The notes below the pieces were generated by a model. That model saw only the letters and a list, made by a program, of their open reading frames with translations. It had not been told where the DNA came from and made no database searches. From assembly GCA_023334545.1 (NCBI GenBank), contig JAADVB010000024.1:1-64000 (forward strand): a stretch of 64,000 bases of DNA, given 5' to 3'. Made by a program: the position numbers and the translations under genes. Source of the DNA: Salisapilia sapeloensis CBS 127946. Its lineage: Eukaryota; Protista; Oomycota. Positions 9,097-21,700 of the stretch are shown here, piece by piece; within the stretch, counting starts at the first letter, position 1, and every line of letters starts with the position of its first letter.

Positions 9097-10899
9097 ATGA
9101 TTTGTCCGGATACAAGTATCCAGCAACGGCACAATCACCCTACGCGACTCCCGCTTCATATTCAAATCTCCTGCCAAAAGGTACTCCCGAACCTGAACAT
9201 GCGACCGTCCGCCGGTGCCTATCAATCCGACACAGAGCCCACGATGTCATTGTTGGGCAAACCGTCGCCAGAAATCCTGCCTGCCGTAACTTCAACCAAG
9301 GATGAACCGACGCAACCGCTGCAGATCAAGCTCCAGCGGAAAGCCAAAGTCGAGCGTGACATGAGCAAGCGTCATGCTGCGCTCGATCGATTGGAGCATT
9401 CACCCAATGGCAATCGTCGGAACGTCCATACGAGTCGGCAGCGGGAAGAACGGGACTTTTGGTTGCGTCCGAACAAGCGTGTCACGTCGTCTGTGCCATC
9501 CTCTACCTCATGGCCACCTACACCCCTCGACGCGGACGTTGGCGCTGCTTCTAGTCCCGAAGAGATGCTATCGTCTTCTCTTCCGTCCCAATCCAATGTC
9601 CATTGGAATAAACGTTGGCCATCAACATCGCATCGAAACACTCCACCGACGGTATTTGAGAGTGCTCTCATCTTCAATCAAGACGGCCATCGTCTCAGTC
9701 ACGCTGAGTTTGAAGAACTAGCGTCGTCGGACGTTTCAAATACGACCAAGCAAAAGTGGAAACGTCGTGTGAATCGCAAGCCGGTGGATAAGAAGCATGA
9801 AATGGAGGAGACGAAACGTCAGATGGAAGATGACGTGACGTTGGAACTCATGCAGCAACTACTGCCGGACATTCAAGTCACCGATGAACTGAATGCACTC
9901 TTCCTTGGTACGAAAAGTGAAGACGTTTTCCACTTTGAAGAGCCAGACACGACGTTTAAACGTGATACTAAGCTTCTAGACATTGATCTGATGGCACAGC
10001 AAAAAGCCATGAAAACCATGGTCTTCCATACGATCAATGTATTCGATCTAAAAGGTCTATCAGGTCAAGACCTCCTTTCGGCATGCTTCACACCTGCATG
10101 GATCGAACGGACAGTCTTGGACACGGTCCAATTAGGCTTGCAAGTCCAGTTTGAGCGCTTTGCAGTCCTCTTCTCCATCTTTCAAGCTCAAACGGACTGT
10201 CAAGAGCATATCTTAAAGTCCGTCGCTTCCTCTTGTGTCGCCATCTACCACCACCAAGGCAATGGCTCGATCGCTTTGAAGCATGCCATCAGCACGCGAC
10301 CAGTCATCACATTCTTGCTTCGTGTCCTGCGTTCCATCACTTCGTTCGACATGGAGCAACAGGAGATCTGTAGCTGGTACGCTGCGTATGCACTTGAGAT
10401 GCTTGCCAAATGTGTACCACTTAGCGATACGAACGCAAGTGAGGTGGAGAAACTGACCGACTCGAATAGTGTCGAAAGTGTTATTGCCGATGTACTTCCA
10501 GCGCTTGTCACTGTTTCGCCAGGACAAGCGCAGTACATGATGTGGCGATTGCTACGCAAGTGGCCGCAGAAGCAAGTGCAGCTTCAGATGATCTACTTGC
10601 GATACACGAGAAAATTTTTAGCTGCATTCATGACGAGTGGATGGATGCTCGAGAAGGATGTCGTGGACCTTGCGTTCCACTGGATTAGCGAAAGCGTGTC
10701 TTCTCCGCACTTTTTAGTCGCAAAAGAGGCTTGTGGCATGAGCTCCGACGTAGCTGTGCTTGGTTTCTACTTGACGAGAGATGCGAGATGGCGAGAACAA
10801 TTGGCGAATGCTTTGCATGAGAACGCACAAAGTCATTGGCACGAAGGTGTGCGGGACTTGTGTGATAGCTTCTTTGACCAGTTACTAGACTTCGCTTAA
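9097..10899 (+). CDS. Divergent PP2A regulatory subunit B' (B56)-like protein with long low-complexity N-terminus; true start may be a downstream ATG
   Basis: C-terminal motifs LLRKWP, SSPHFLVAKEA and LHENAQSHWHEGV resemble B56 motifs LLKYWP, SPHFQVAERAL and LY.NSK.HWN..V. Confidence 0.72.
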   Translation: MICPDTSIQQRHNHPTRLPLHIQISCQKVLPNLNMRPSAGAYQSDTEPTMSLLGKPSPEILPAVTSTKDEPTQPLQIKLQRKAKVERDMSKRHAALDRLEHSPNGNRRNVHTSRQREERDFWLRPNKRVTSSVPSSTSWPPTPLDADVGAASSPEEMLSSSLPSQSNVHWNKRWPSTSHRNTPPTVFESALIFNQDGHRLSHAEFEELASSDVSNTTKQKWKRRVNRKPVDKKHEMEETKRQMEDDVTLELMQQLLPDIQVTDELNALFLGTKSEDVFHFEEPDTTFKRDTKLLDIDLMAQQKAMKTMVFHTINVFDLKGLSGQDLLSACFTPAWIERTVLDTVQLGLQVQFERFAVLFSIFQAQTDCQEHILKSVASSCVAIYHHQGNGSIALKHAISTRPVITFLLRVLRSITSFDMEQQEICSWYAAYALEMLAKCVPLSDTNASEVEKLTDSNSVESVIADVLPALVTVSPGQAQYMMWRLLRKWPQKQVQLQMIYLRYTRKFLAAFMTSGWMLEKDVVDLAFHWISESVSSPHFLVAKEACGMSSDVAVLGFYLTRDARWREQLANALHENAQSHWHEGVRDLCDSFFDQLLDFA

Positions 10900-10927
10900 A
10901 TTATTTAATAGATCGAAAGATATAAAC

Positions 10928-12256
10928 TTACGATATGGTTGTTGAGTGGATTGAAAAGCGTTTGCGTCGTGGTTCGGAAGGAGTTCCGAAGAAAGTAGCT
11001 ACATTAGATAGGGAGACAAAGGAGTCTTAGTATGATGGAAATGCATCAATGGATGTATGTGGGTAAAAGTAGACAGATACTAAAAGGTTTCTAGAAAGTG
11101 TCTTATGCTTATGCTTGCTACAGTATGTCCTAGGGATTGCGCTAGTCTGAAATTTTCAAGGAATGCTATAAAATTAATTTCTTTGTCTGACTCGTTCTTG
11201 CCTAGAGCTATGCTTGCAAGGTTTCAAGTCAAAGATCTTTTAATCGTGCAAAAGGGGTGTATCAGCCTTTTGTGGTGGCAGAGTACTGCTCTATGATGAA
11301 AGTGATTCGGAATTAGTAAAGATCAAGAGGTAGGAGACGGTGATAGGTTTTGTACGAGCAAATTGTTACGATTTTAATTCTTAGGCATTCGATATGCCTT
11401 TCTATTTATCAGTAGACAGAGTGATAGAACAGTTCACGGACTCGTGCTTTGTTTGTGGTAATGTGTTAAAGAAAGAAATATCTAGTTGCTTGGTAGTTTG
11501 TCGAGGTAGAATGTATCTTGGATCATCAAACCAAGAACATACATAAGGACATTGATCGTGGACAAATACGCGTTGTAGTTGAAATGACACTGAATCATCG
11601 TGAGTACATCTACGTACAGACGTCAGACGCAAAGGCAGACCATCAGCATTGAAGAAGTGAGCTACAGCTATGACTCAAACAGGTTCTGGATTGTATATGA
11701 TACTCGGTATATGAACATATAAACCTTTCCAAGGCAACGATAAATGATAAAGATCGATCATCTACCCTTCACGAAATCGTTCCAAGCAAGCCAGGAAAGA
11801 GGAAAGCATAGATGCAAAGTCCTTCTCACCCAAGCTAGAAACGGATCTTGCTTATGGGGAAAAGTAAACACACAAAAATTAGTATTGGCATCTACAAGCT
11901 ATCTCCTCTCTCCACTGGGTAAAATATTCAAATACATCCTCCTGTATGCTTATAATTTCATAAACTATCGTAAGAAGATGACCCAAGCACTAAAGACGAC
12001 ACCGAAAGCTCTCCAGGTTGACACCTCCTGTATACAAAAGCCGAGTCAATTGACTGACCTGGGATTCACCGTCCATGTACAGCAGCTGGGGTGACATCTT
12101 CAAGTAAGTCGCACGAAGGTAGCACAATCTTCTGTGCTCATCGGCGTCGCGAACGGCACATCGAGGCGTCTTCCTCGGCACCAAGCGTCTGTCCATTTCC
12201 ATCCGTTGGTTTTCATCCTTCTGCACAAGATCTTCTTGCATTGTATACCTTTTCAT
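10928..12256 (-). CDS. Candidate unannotated multi-exon gene, product unknown
   Basis: ATG at 12256 (MKRYTMQEDLVQKDE...) lies 89 bp head-to-head with the kinase ATG. Donor CAG|GTCAGT and acceptors TATACAG, GCATACAG and CTAATGTAG are present. Plausible last exon ATFFGTPSEPRRKRFSIHSTTIS* ends at 10928. The full exon chain was not resolved. Confidence 0.35.
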
Positions 12257-12345
12257 ACGATCATTGGCGACCAAACGTCGTTGTGTAAGCTCTCACATCC
12301 GCCATCGGTCGCGAACACGAAACCATCGTTCCTTTGGACAGCGCG

Positions 12346-15300
12346 ATGCGAAAGCTCACATTCGTCCTTCTTTTGCTCTTCGCTATCAACGCTACTGCTC
12401 TAGTTCAAAACAATGAAGTCACCTTTCGATGTGCTGAGTGGGAAAACCATGTCTGCCCGTTTGAGAATAATCCGTCCGTCCTCACTTTTCCACAGCTCAA
12501 CCTTACTACTCAAACCATTTGCAAAGTACATCTTCTGGTCTATGGCATGCCTACAATACATGGGGAACTAACAGGAGGAGTGTGGCAATAGGCAGAGGTC
12601 GCGGCAGGCGTGAAACAGATACATTGGGCAGATGGAGAGGGCAGAGGTCGCGTCGCGAGCTTGAGACTCAACGGAATGGAGCTGCTAGGTGCTCCAGTAC
12701 ATCCATCTTCTGCTTACGCTTTTCCGGATTATCCGCACTGCGATGACATGTACAGCATCTTACCTCCATTTGGAAACGGTGTCGTCGGTGCTGGCAACCG
12801 GATGTCGATTAATCAGCTCATAAACACGAACGAGCTGCCTGTGTCCGTGCTCTTTGAATGGGTCGGACCGCACGAAGATGATGGACCCGTTTGTTCCATG
12901 TCTGGCTACTCTATTTCCGGACTAGCCCAAGTCATTGTCTACATCGAAGCCCAAGATAATTCGTTCTGTCCTGGATGGGATGACGAGACAAAGGCTTTTT
13001 GCAATGGCAATGGACAGTGCCTATGTGCTCCTAACGATAATGAAAAACGAACTTGTAGCTGCCAGTCAGGATATGCCGAGCCAGAATGTCGCGACTGCAC
13101 TGCGCTCTTCTACGGTGAAGATTGCTCTCACCAGTGCCAACCTTGCCTGAACGGTGGCAAATGTGATTCTGGACAGCTCGGTACAGGCCAGTGCATCTGT
13201 CCAGATGGCTTCGATCCATCCACTAGATGCTCTACTTGTATTCCAGGTTTCTACGGACCTTCCTGTCTCCCGTGTCCTAACTGTAACTTCCCGCATGGCA
13301 ATTGTGAAGACGGACTCGTTGGTTCTGGCAGGTGTGCCTGTGCTGTCGGCTTCGACGCTTCATCCAATTGTCTCCACTGCATGCCAAACTTCTTCGGTCC
13401 GAGCTGTGCGCCCTGTGCGCCATGTGACGGTGGTGTCTGCGATGATGGGCTCCTTGGTGACGGCCGATGTATATGTAAAGAAGGCTTTGATCCAGCATCC
13501 CGCTGTCTTTCCTGTCTCGATGACTATTACGGAGACTCATGTCTACCCTGTCGATCTTGTCATGGTCATGGCAAGTGCAACGACACGATGCATGGAGACG
13601 GTACGTGTGTGTGCAATGAAGGTTATGACCCTGCCTCTCGCTGCTCTCTTTGTGCGCCAGGATGGGACTTTAACCCCACGAGCATGGCGTGTCAGTGCGC
13701 TCCACAGCACTTTGGTCCACACTGTCTATCCTGTCCGATCTGCGCCCCCCATGGCCATTGTAACTCTGGACGAGACGGAGATGGCCGATGCATCTGTGAT
13801 GTCGGATGGTCGGACTCGAACAATTGCGTCGGCTGTCTCAACGGATATTTTGGACCTCACTGCGAACCATGCAAAAAGTGTGGGAATGGCAGGTGTGATG
13901 ACGGTCTCAAGGGAACAGGAGACTGTGTCTGTCATCGAGGATGGAGCATCCAGTCGGACTGCTACGACTGTGAACAAGGATTTTACGGTGAGAATTGCAT
14001 CCCGTGCCCGAGAGATTGTGGTCACGGATCTTGTTCGAGCGGAAAAAATGGCACGGGCGAGTGCATATGTGAATCTGGGTTTGATATCGACAGCGCATTG
14101 CCTTGCACGACATGTTTAGAAGGGCACATTGGACCTCAATGTCAGATCTGTCCAGGGTATGCAGACAGTGAAGTCGAGTGCACTGGGCATGGCAAATGTG
14201 TCATGGATGCAGTGGCCGGTGGACCTGTCTGCCACTGTGATGTCAGATACAATGGTCCTGCATGCGAACTCTACGACTTTCCGACCGTCATGGTAGCAGT
14301 CTTAGGTACCATCGCACTCTCCACGCTAGGTATTTGTATGTGCACGATGCGCAATTTAGCTCGACAACCACGTACACGGTACCCACAAGGTCCATTTACG
14401 AATCGAGATCGAACGTACTCTCCGTCCGAGTACCTCGAGATTGAAGACATGACCGATCTGGAGTACTTTGTCTCGAACGATACGCGCGACTGGTTAATCC
14501 CGTTCGAGTCTCTATCATTACAGAATGAAGTCGGCAATGGTACATCCGGACAAGTGTTCCGTAGCCTCTTGCATAGTGGCGGCGGGAGTAGTGTCGTTGC
14601 CGTGAAGCGTCTGTATAGTCCGATTACTGGTCAAGAGTACTTCCAATCTTTCTTCCGACGAGAAGTGAGTATTCTCAGTCGACTCCATCACCCGAACGTC
14701 GTTCGTTTCTACGGCGTCAGCTACTTTAATCGCGTCTTGTACATCGTGACGGACTTTTGTCCAAAGAGTTTAAGTCATTTGATTGAAAACCGGTCGTCTA
14801 CTAGTCTCTTAGAAGAGTCATACTTTCGGAAGATTGTCACGCAAATCGTAAGTGGCATGGGCTTTCTGCATAGTCGACAAGTGGTCCATCGAGACTTGAA
14901 GCCAGCGAACGTCCTCATCTCCGATACGGAGGACGTGAATATCTGTGACTTTGGTCTGTCGAGGCTACTGGATCCGGATATGACGTCCATGACAGCAGAA
15001 GTCGGGACGCCGAGCTACATGGCGCCAGAGATGGCGACGATGGGAGGCACCAAGAGCTCGACGAAAGGAGACGTGTATTCGTTCGGGATCTTGCTCTATT
15101 CGACATGGTCACGATCGAAGCCGTACGGTGATCAAGGCATGAACCCGTTCCAGCTCATGACAGCAGTCGTGAATGGCCTGCGACCTGTGATTCCGATCAA
15201 CTGTCCTCCAGCACTCGCGAGACTGATGCGAGCGTGTTGGAATGCAGATGCGGAAGCTAGACCGAGCTTCCCGGAGATCAGTCTCCACCTCACCGATCCA

Positions 15301-15417
15301 AAGCTCATGGCCATGGAGGAGGACGCCGTGACGACGTGGGGGTCTCCAGAAGAGTCGGAGGAGGAAATGAAGGAACAGTCGCCAAGTGAACGAGATCGAC
15401 TTCTTGGGTCTCTATAA
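12346..15417 (+). CDS. Receptor-like TKL protein kinase: signal peptide, about 9 laminin-type EGF repeats, TM helix, kinase domain (2 exons: 12346-12525, 12592-15417)
   Basis: Exon 1 MRKLTFVLLLLFAINATA.. is joined in phase 0 by a 66-nt intron (GTACAT..CTAAC..TAG, 12526-12591). Cys-rich repeats at 13000-14265; TM VMVAVLGTIALSTLGICMC. Kinase motifs VGNGTSGQV, VAVK, HRDLKPAN, DFG, APE, DVYSFG. Confidence 0.92.
13000..14265 (+). repeat. About 9 tandem ~46-aa laminin-EGF-like repeats
   Basis: Recurrent CxPCxxC..GxCxDGxxGxGxCxCxxG(F/W)D....CxxCxxG(F/Y)(F/Y)GxxC unit. Confidence 0.85.
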
Positions 15418-15522
15418 GAAGCTCGGGATGTGTCGGGATGATAGAAAAGTGCTAGGACATTGCTTACTTTTTGGGCTTTTTGATAGAAATTTAACCACCA
15501 TGATATTGTTTTTCTTTTCTTC

Positions 15523-16289
15523 TTAATGCAAATGTTTCGTACGTGCAAGCGAATGCTTCTTATAGTACTTACGACGAGCTTCTCGAATGTGATGAGGTTG
15601 AATCGGACCGGTCTCACCGTTCTTTGCCATGATCTGACGAGCTATTCGGTTGTTATCAGCGTTAGATTAGGCATGGGAATGATTTGTTTTGTATATACCT
15701 TTGGCAGTAATCTCGCCGACAAAAATTTTACTCATACCTACCATGACAATGCCCATGACGTGGGTGACGGTAGGCACTTTACGGTCTGCTGGTGTACATT
15801 CTTGTATCGCAGTCGCCATACACTTTAATACGGTATGATTAGAGGTGGGGTCTAGATCTTTATAGTGATAGTGCATACGCGTTTTACAGCGCCTCGATCG
15901 AAGTGAGAACGACGATAGTATTGATGACGTCGCGCCTCGGACTCAGGTAGACTCTGTAGCATTCGTAGCATGGCAGCACTATCGGTCAATTCCAGCTTTA
16001 GTTTCGATTTCGTTTCCATTCGTCGAGCAAGAGTATCCTCGTCCTTCTGATCGTTTCCTGTTTGACCGCTTTCCTCCTCTTCTTCCTCTCCACCTGTCAT
16101 CTCTTCAGTGGCATTGCCAGCGTCTGTGTCTTCTTCTAGACCTTCCATGGCGTCTGCCTCTTCAGCAAGAGCCATGTCAATGTCCCCGATACTACTAGCT
16201 GTTGGTGATCCTGACGGTGTAGGTTCTTCCGCTTGAGAAGCTGGAGAAGCTGTAGGGGCGATCGCATTGTCTTCAGTATTGGCGTCCAT
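15523..16289 (-). CDS. TAF11: TFIID subunit TAF11 (3 exons: 16289-15879, 15822-15699, 15641-15523)
   Basis: Acidic N-terminus, then the spliced histone fold HQYYRRSHF..AVKR|CMATAI..GIVMVGMSKIFVGEITAK|ARQIM...GPIQPHHIREARR. Both introns are GT-AG and keep the frame. Confidence 0.9.
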
Positions 16290-18729
16290 TTTCGATTTAT
16301 CTTTTGCTCATGTATGGAGCTGAGACGGTGCCAAATGCGTATAATTTCACCTTTACTTTGTTCGAAGCTTATGCAGCTACGAGTAAGAACAGCTAAAAAG
16401 CTAAAGCAGGTGATGTCTCAGATTGAAAACAGCACAGTACATATAGGCTCTATCGAAATCTGTTGTATTTGTTACTGATTGAAATATTAAGAAAAATGTT
16501 TTTTTGCTTCTGAGTTATTATGGTATCTCGCAAGAGATTCGTAATGAGAAGCGCTGTGAAGCTTAATAAACGCGGAAGTTTAGACACATTAAATCATTGA
16601 AACAATGAAACATAACTGATACTGGTACTACAGCTAATTTCAATTAAAGATTCATCATTATTTTATCGTAAATATACAATAATCGAAGTATAGCTTTACT
16701 GCATTTGCCAGGGTGATAACAACTCATTTGGTTTAACCCGAGACTCAAGCTAGTGTGATTCTCCTGTGTAAATTGTGAATGCTCCGATTTACTCCATTGT
16801 TTTCGAGTAAACAGCTAATAGTCTCCCAGTGAAGGTAGTCTCAGGAACATTGCTCTGCGCGATCATAAACTTTACAAAGCAATATGCCTGTTTGTTTGAT
16901 GCAATGACCTGTTGAACACCGACTAAGTATAATAAAGTTTACGAGAAGACAGTATGACCCATTGTTAGGTCATTTTAATATAAAAGTCTTCTCATCGTTG
17001 GCTTCAGTTGTATCAGCATCTGTTCATATCTTTCTTTGCATCAACTAGTTTGTACGACAGTATGGGAACAAAGCTATAGTAGTCTTGATGTTTATACAAG
17101 ATGAACATGTTGCACAAGTTGTACACAAGCTATTTCTTTACATAAGGTTAGCTATTAATTTGGTAGTGTCAATGCCACAAAAATAAGGATTTATTTTGAC
17201 TTCCGAAACATTTTTTTTGTGAAACCGATGGTCTATTTCGTTACTGCTTATCTAGCCAGTACTATTCTAGGAAAGCGAACGGGAATAGCCGGTGAGGGTG
17301 AGCTCAATTCCGAAACATGAACATGTGAATAAATTATTCACTAAAGTACATAAAGCGCATTGTGCTCTTCTTCTATGGGGAACCTATTTTTAATTTATCT
17401 TGGTAGCTCCGAGATTCATGAGCGATACACTGAAGTCTTGTCTGGACACTAAAACTGTCGCGTTTAGTATTATCTTGTTCGCCAACTTTGTACTAATGGA
17501 GAAGATTGATATTCTCTGCTATATTCGGCATCTAGATCTATAATTTGGTCTTTTAAAAAACATGAATACCATTCACGATAATCTGAAGTAATGGTGACGA
17601 AGATGGCATTAATTTCCATGTGACTGAGCGATATGATCTTAGTTAGGCGGAAAGTTAGCGCAACCAAAAGATAAGACAGATGTGACCGTGGTAAAGTAAA
17701 ACGAAGAATCTTGATGACGCTTTGGGTCGTTGAAAAACAAGTAGAGAATCCAAGAAGCAATTGCAGTCATCACAACTCGCAGAGGTATCTTCCAGCTTCA
17801 TGTTATTTTTGATCCATTTAAACATAAACATAAAGGTGAGCATATCTCCATAGGGCAATGAATGCGCCCTATATTTCCATCAATTGCTTGCTCATCGAAA
17901 GTACCTCTTAAATGGATACTGTGACTGACGGTCATCGATACACACTAACAGTATATCAGTTCTCTAGTTGCGAATTGACTGATCATCAGCATACAGCAAC
18001 TCTATAGGTATGCTTGTGATAGGTCACACTACCGAAACTAAACTTGTGAAAATGAATGATTAGTTGCTAAAAACTGCTGGTTTGCTACAGTCATTCAAAT
18101 ATTCACTGTGCAGCAGTGTGATAATCATAAAAGCTATTGATACTTCTTACATACAACGATTACAAGCATTGCACTCTTACATATACTTCACACATAGCGA
18201 CTACATATCCTCTTTCTTTCTACAGCAATGAACATCTCACTGTATTATTATAACTTATTTTGTATTTTTCTGCTATTTATACGTAGCTAGTCTCTTACAG
18301 CTAAATTAAACAGGGAGCTGCGTGGCGTCGACAGGTCGAACTGAGCCGTGAGAGGTTTCGCCAGCTCACAACTTTCCAAGCGTCAATACCATCTGTCCCC
18401 GGCCACGTCATCTATACTTTTTCTTGCATGTCAAGAAGCAGCTGGTACAATATCTTAGTCATAGAAGCCAGATCATGATCACCCGTACGCCTTATGTATA
18501 GGCTATATGCGTGCGTTGTTCACTGCCAAAGTGGGTGATGAAAATTGCCGACGTGGACCTAGTCAGAGCTAAGTAAGCCTCGGTATGAGCCACTAGCTGT
18601 GACCTGTCGTTCTTTTGCAAGAGCAGATCTGCATATCTCTTCTTTAATGTCATTTCTTGAAAGCACTTCCTGACCTCGCGTCTATCTTTTATCAGCTCAT
18701 TCAAGTGCTCTGGTGAATCGTCAATCACC

Positions 18730-21700
18730 ATGCCTTTGCACTCATGCCTTTCAAGGACACGTCGCCTCGGCGCCGCCGCAATTTTAGCCATAACGTTCGC
18801 TACTCGTGCAATTTTCGCAGAGACGTACTTGTCATTGCCTTCAGCATTCGCACCCGATTCGAATCAAAGTGATTCCATGGGTGATGCATTCTCCAGTTCT
18901 GGAAATTCTTCCGACAGTTCCGATCTCACGGATATCTTGTCTGGTTGGAAGCTTGCGACTAGTACCACAGACCTCAAGAATTTCCTCTTTGATAAAAGTG
19001 GAGGAAACCCTGTCAGTGGAACTTCGTTAATCGCATTATGCACCAACCACGATGGACTCGAGAAACAAGCATGCTTGGTACCGAACGGCGATAATTTAAT
19101 GGAAGAGAAGGAAGGCATTCCATCTGAGTCTTATTTCGAGCCAAACCAAGAGACGAAAAAAACTTTCTCTTTCAGAACAGAAAAAAAAGAAGGAGGGAAG
19201 TACCTCACCGTCGATAAAAAGACACGCATGGTTAAGCTCGGTGACGGAGACGATGCAGCAGCCTTCCAAATCTACACAAAGGATGACTCAATGATATTAT
19301 CCTTTGACGGGCTCTACCTGTGTGCAAGCTTCATGGATGGAAATTTGGGTTTATCACCGTTTCTCGTGAGCCGCTCTCTTTTTCAATCATGGAGCGTGAA
19401 GGACAAAGACGGTCAAGAAATCGTAGACGGCCTGAACAAAGATATATTGGAGGACCGGGCTGAATCCGATTCAAGTCCCACCTTCGCTGCTTATGACCTC
19501 GCCCTTGTTGGTGTTACTGGAAACGATGCAAGTTCTCTTAAGCTCCCTTCGGGCATAACGGGAGCTGACCTCGCGATCATGTTCGACGATGCAATCTACA
19601 TGATCAGCCGGGATCCTCTTCTGGAAAAGTATGAAGAGGAGTACGAGACATTTTCCAAATCTTTTGCGTCCAAGGTAGATATCTACTCCTTGGTGAAAGA
19701 TTCTGATGTGGCAGAAGCTTGGGAATCATTCATCGGATACACAGACAAAACGAAAAGTGAAATGCCAGATCTTCAAGAGAATATCCGTGCGATTGTCTTA
19801 GCCAATGCAATTATCCAGGACATTGAGCAAGGGACGGATATTTTTGACGGTGCAGACCCAGCAATCGCTCTTAAAGCATATTTTGCTGCTTCGTGCAACC
19901 TAGCTTATATGGCTGGAAGTGATGTCAGTCTATCGGAACTCGTATCCCGAGTGGAAGTTCCCTCATCCTTAGAAAACGCTTCGACTATTATGGAAAGTCG
20001 TTTACCCAATGGTCAATCATGGGTTTCTCCTTTCATCAATCACAATGTCAAGAACCTGCGTGCATCTCCTACGAATGTCTTTCCAGAGATTGCATTGCTA
20101 AAACATCTTGATGCGAAATGGCTGAGTGACAATACAGGCATTGGTGTCTCGCTTAGTATGTTCGTCTTTAATCAAGCTTCCGAAGCGATGGAAAAGGACG
20201 ACATACAATCGGCAGTCTCTTACTTTGCCGACAACGACGTGCAGTACATGCTGGGCGCAGCTGGAAGTGTCTGTGATTCCGATACGACTTTCTCTTTCTG
20301 TGAGATGATTCCTGCTGGAGATGTGGCTTCGAATGCTCTCAACTTTTTAAACGGAACAGCTAAAGATGACTTTATTGTCGACCTCCGAAGCGTTGTGAAG
20401 TATGACAATCTGAAAGAGATCTCTCGAGGATACAAAGATGATTTGGTTGCGGAGGTTTTGAAGTCGATTTCAGACGCTTCGCTCAACATGAGTGTCATGT
20501 ACGAGAACATGACCAGTGATGTGACCCAAACGTACGTGGAGACGCAAGTGGAGTCCATGAAGAAAACCAGCAAGGTCGCTCGGAATGCTGCAAGTGCGAT
20601 GTACAACCAGTCTAAAACTGCAGCTGAGTTCTCCGCAAGTGTTGACTTTAGCTATATTGATCAAGTTTTTAACGCCTCCCAAGCTTATGCTGAGGGGGCG
20701 CAGGACGAAGTCGCAGTCTTGAAAGAATCGGTCAAAAGCATCATTGCTAGCGCGAAAACGATACAAGGAATCAATTTAGGACTTGATATTTTCACTGGCG
20801 CATTGGATTTGGCGTCAATAGCGGTGTCAAAATCGTCAAGACTAACCAAGGCTATCTCCACAAAGCCAAAGCCAGGCGAGAGTACGGGAAGCAGCAGACA
20901 GCCGACAAATGGTGAAAAACTTACTGATAAAGCAGACACTGTGAATGGCTTAGTCACGAAAGCCAAAGATATCATAGCAGGAGGTATGACGATGGGCCAA
21001 TTGAATTACTTGGAGGCAGTCATGGCTTCGACTATACCAACTATCGAAACGCTTGACAAGAACATCACCGAGTACTTTGACAAGATGGAAACCCTGATAA
21101 ATGCAACTGGAAAGGTTATGGAAAGTGAAGACGAAAGTGAAATTCGTGGGTACAATGCAAAACTCCGGGCGGCGTGGGATGATATGGGTCGACTGGCTTT
21201 ATCAAGCGTCATTACAACGCTTGAAAACAACATTGACTATGTCATTTCGACAGGATGTGATTTGACGGAACGTCCAACCATTCAGGTTTGTATTGAAGCT
21301 AAGCAGCAAGCGAAAAAAGTGTGTCAGTATATGAGCCAAGCAGTGGATGCGATTAAAGGTGGGTACTTGGCTGCGTTGGACATTTGGGGAAGCAAAGAAT
21401 CCTTGTTAGATGCGATGGAAAGACAAGAAAGCCTTTTGAAGCAAGTTGACGAAGTCGACAACACAGTCGATAAGATTGTGGAGAACTGGGACACAGACCA
21501 GGATGGACGGATGAAGTTTGCTGCACAGCTTGAACAACAACGAGCGTATCAAAACGCCGTGTATACGTACATGTCCATCGCGACGGACGTGTCGAGGCAA
21601 AAGTTCTTTTATCTGACGTGTGCCTTGCTGTGGTATACGACGCCGGAGAGAGTGCCAGAGCCTTGTCAAGATGTCTTTGAACACAGGCGCCTCAGTGACA

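Noticed and set aside
12334-12612. Two same-frame ORFs separated by a single TAG (12589-12591), suggesting stop-codon readthrough or recoding
   Set aside because: The TAG is the acceptor of a canonical 66-nt intron (GTACAT donor at 12526, CTAAC branch point) that joins the frames in phase 0.
13154-14119. 321-aa alternative-frame ORF inside the kinase
   Set aside because: Shadow frame of the Cys/Gly-rich repeats; no recognisable protein features.
17470-17858. Short minus-strand ORFs vaguely like DDE transposase fragments (VLLYHGH)
   Set aside because: Similarity is too weak; no catalytic triad, TIR or TSD found.
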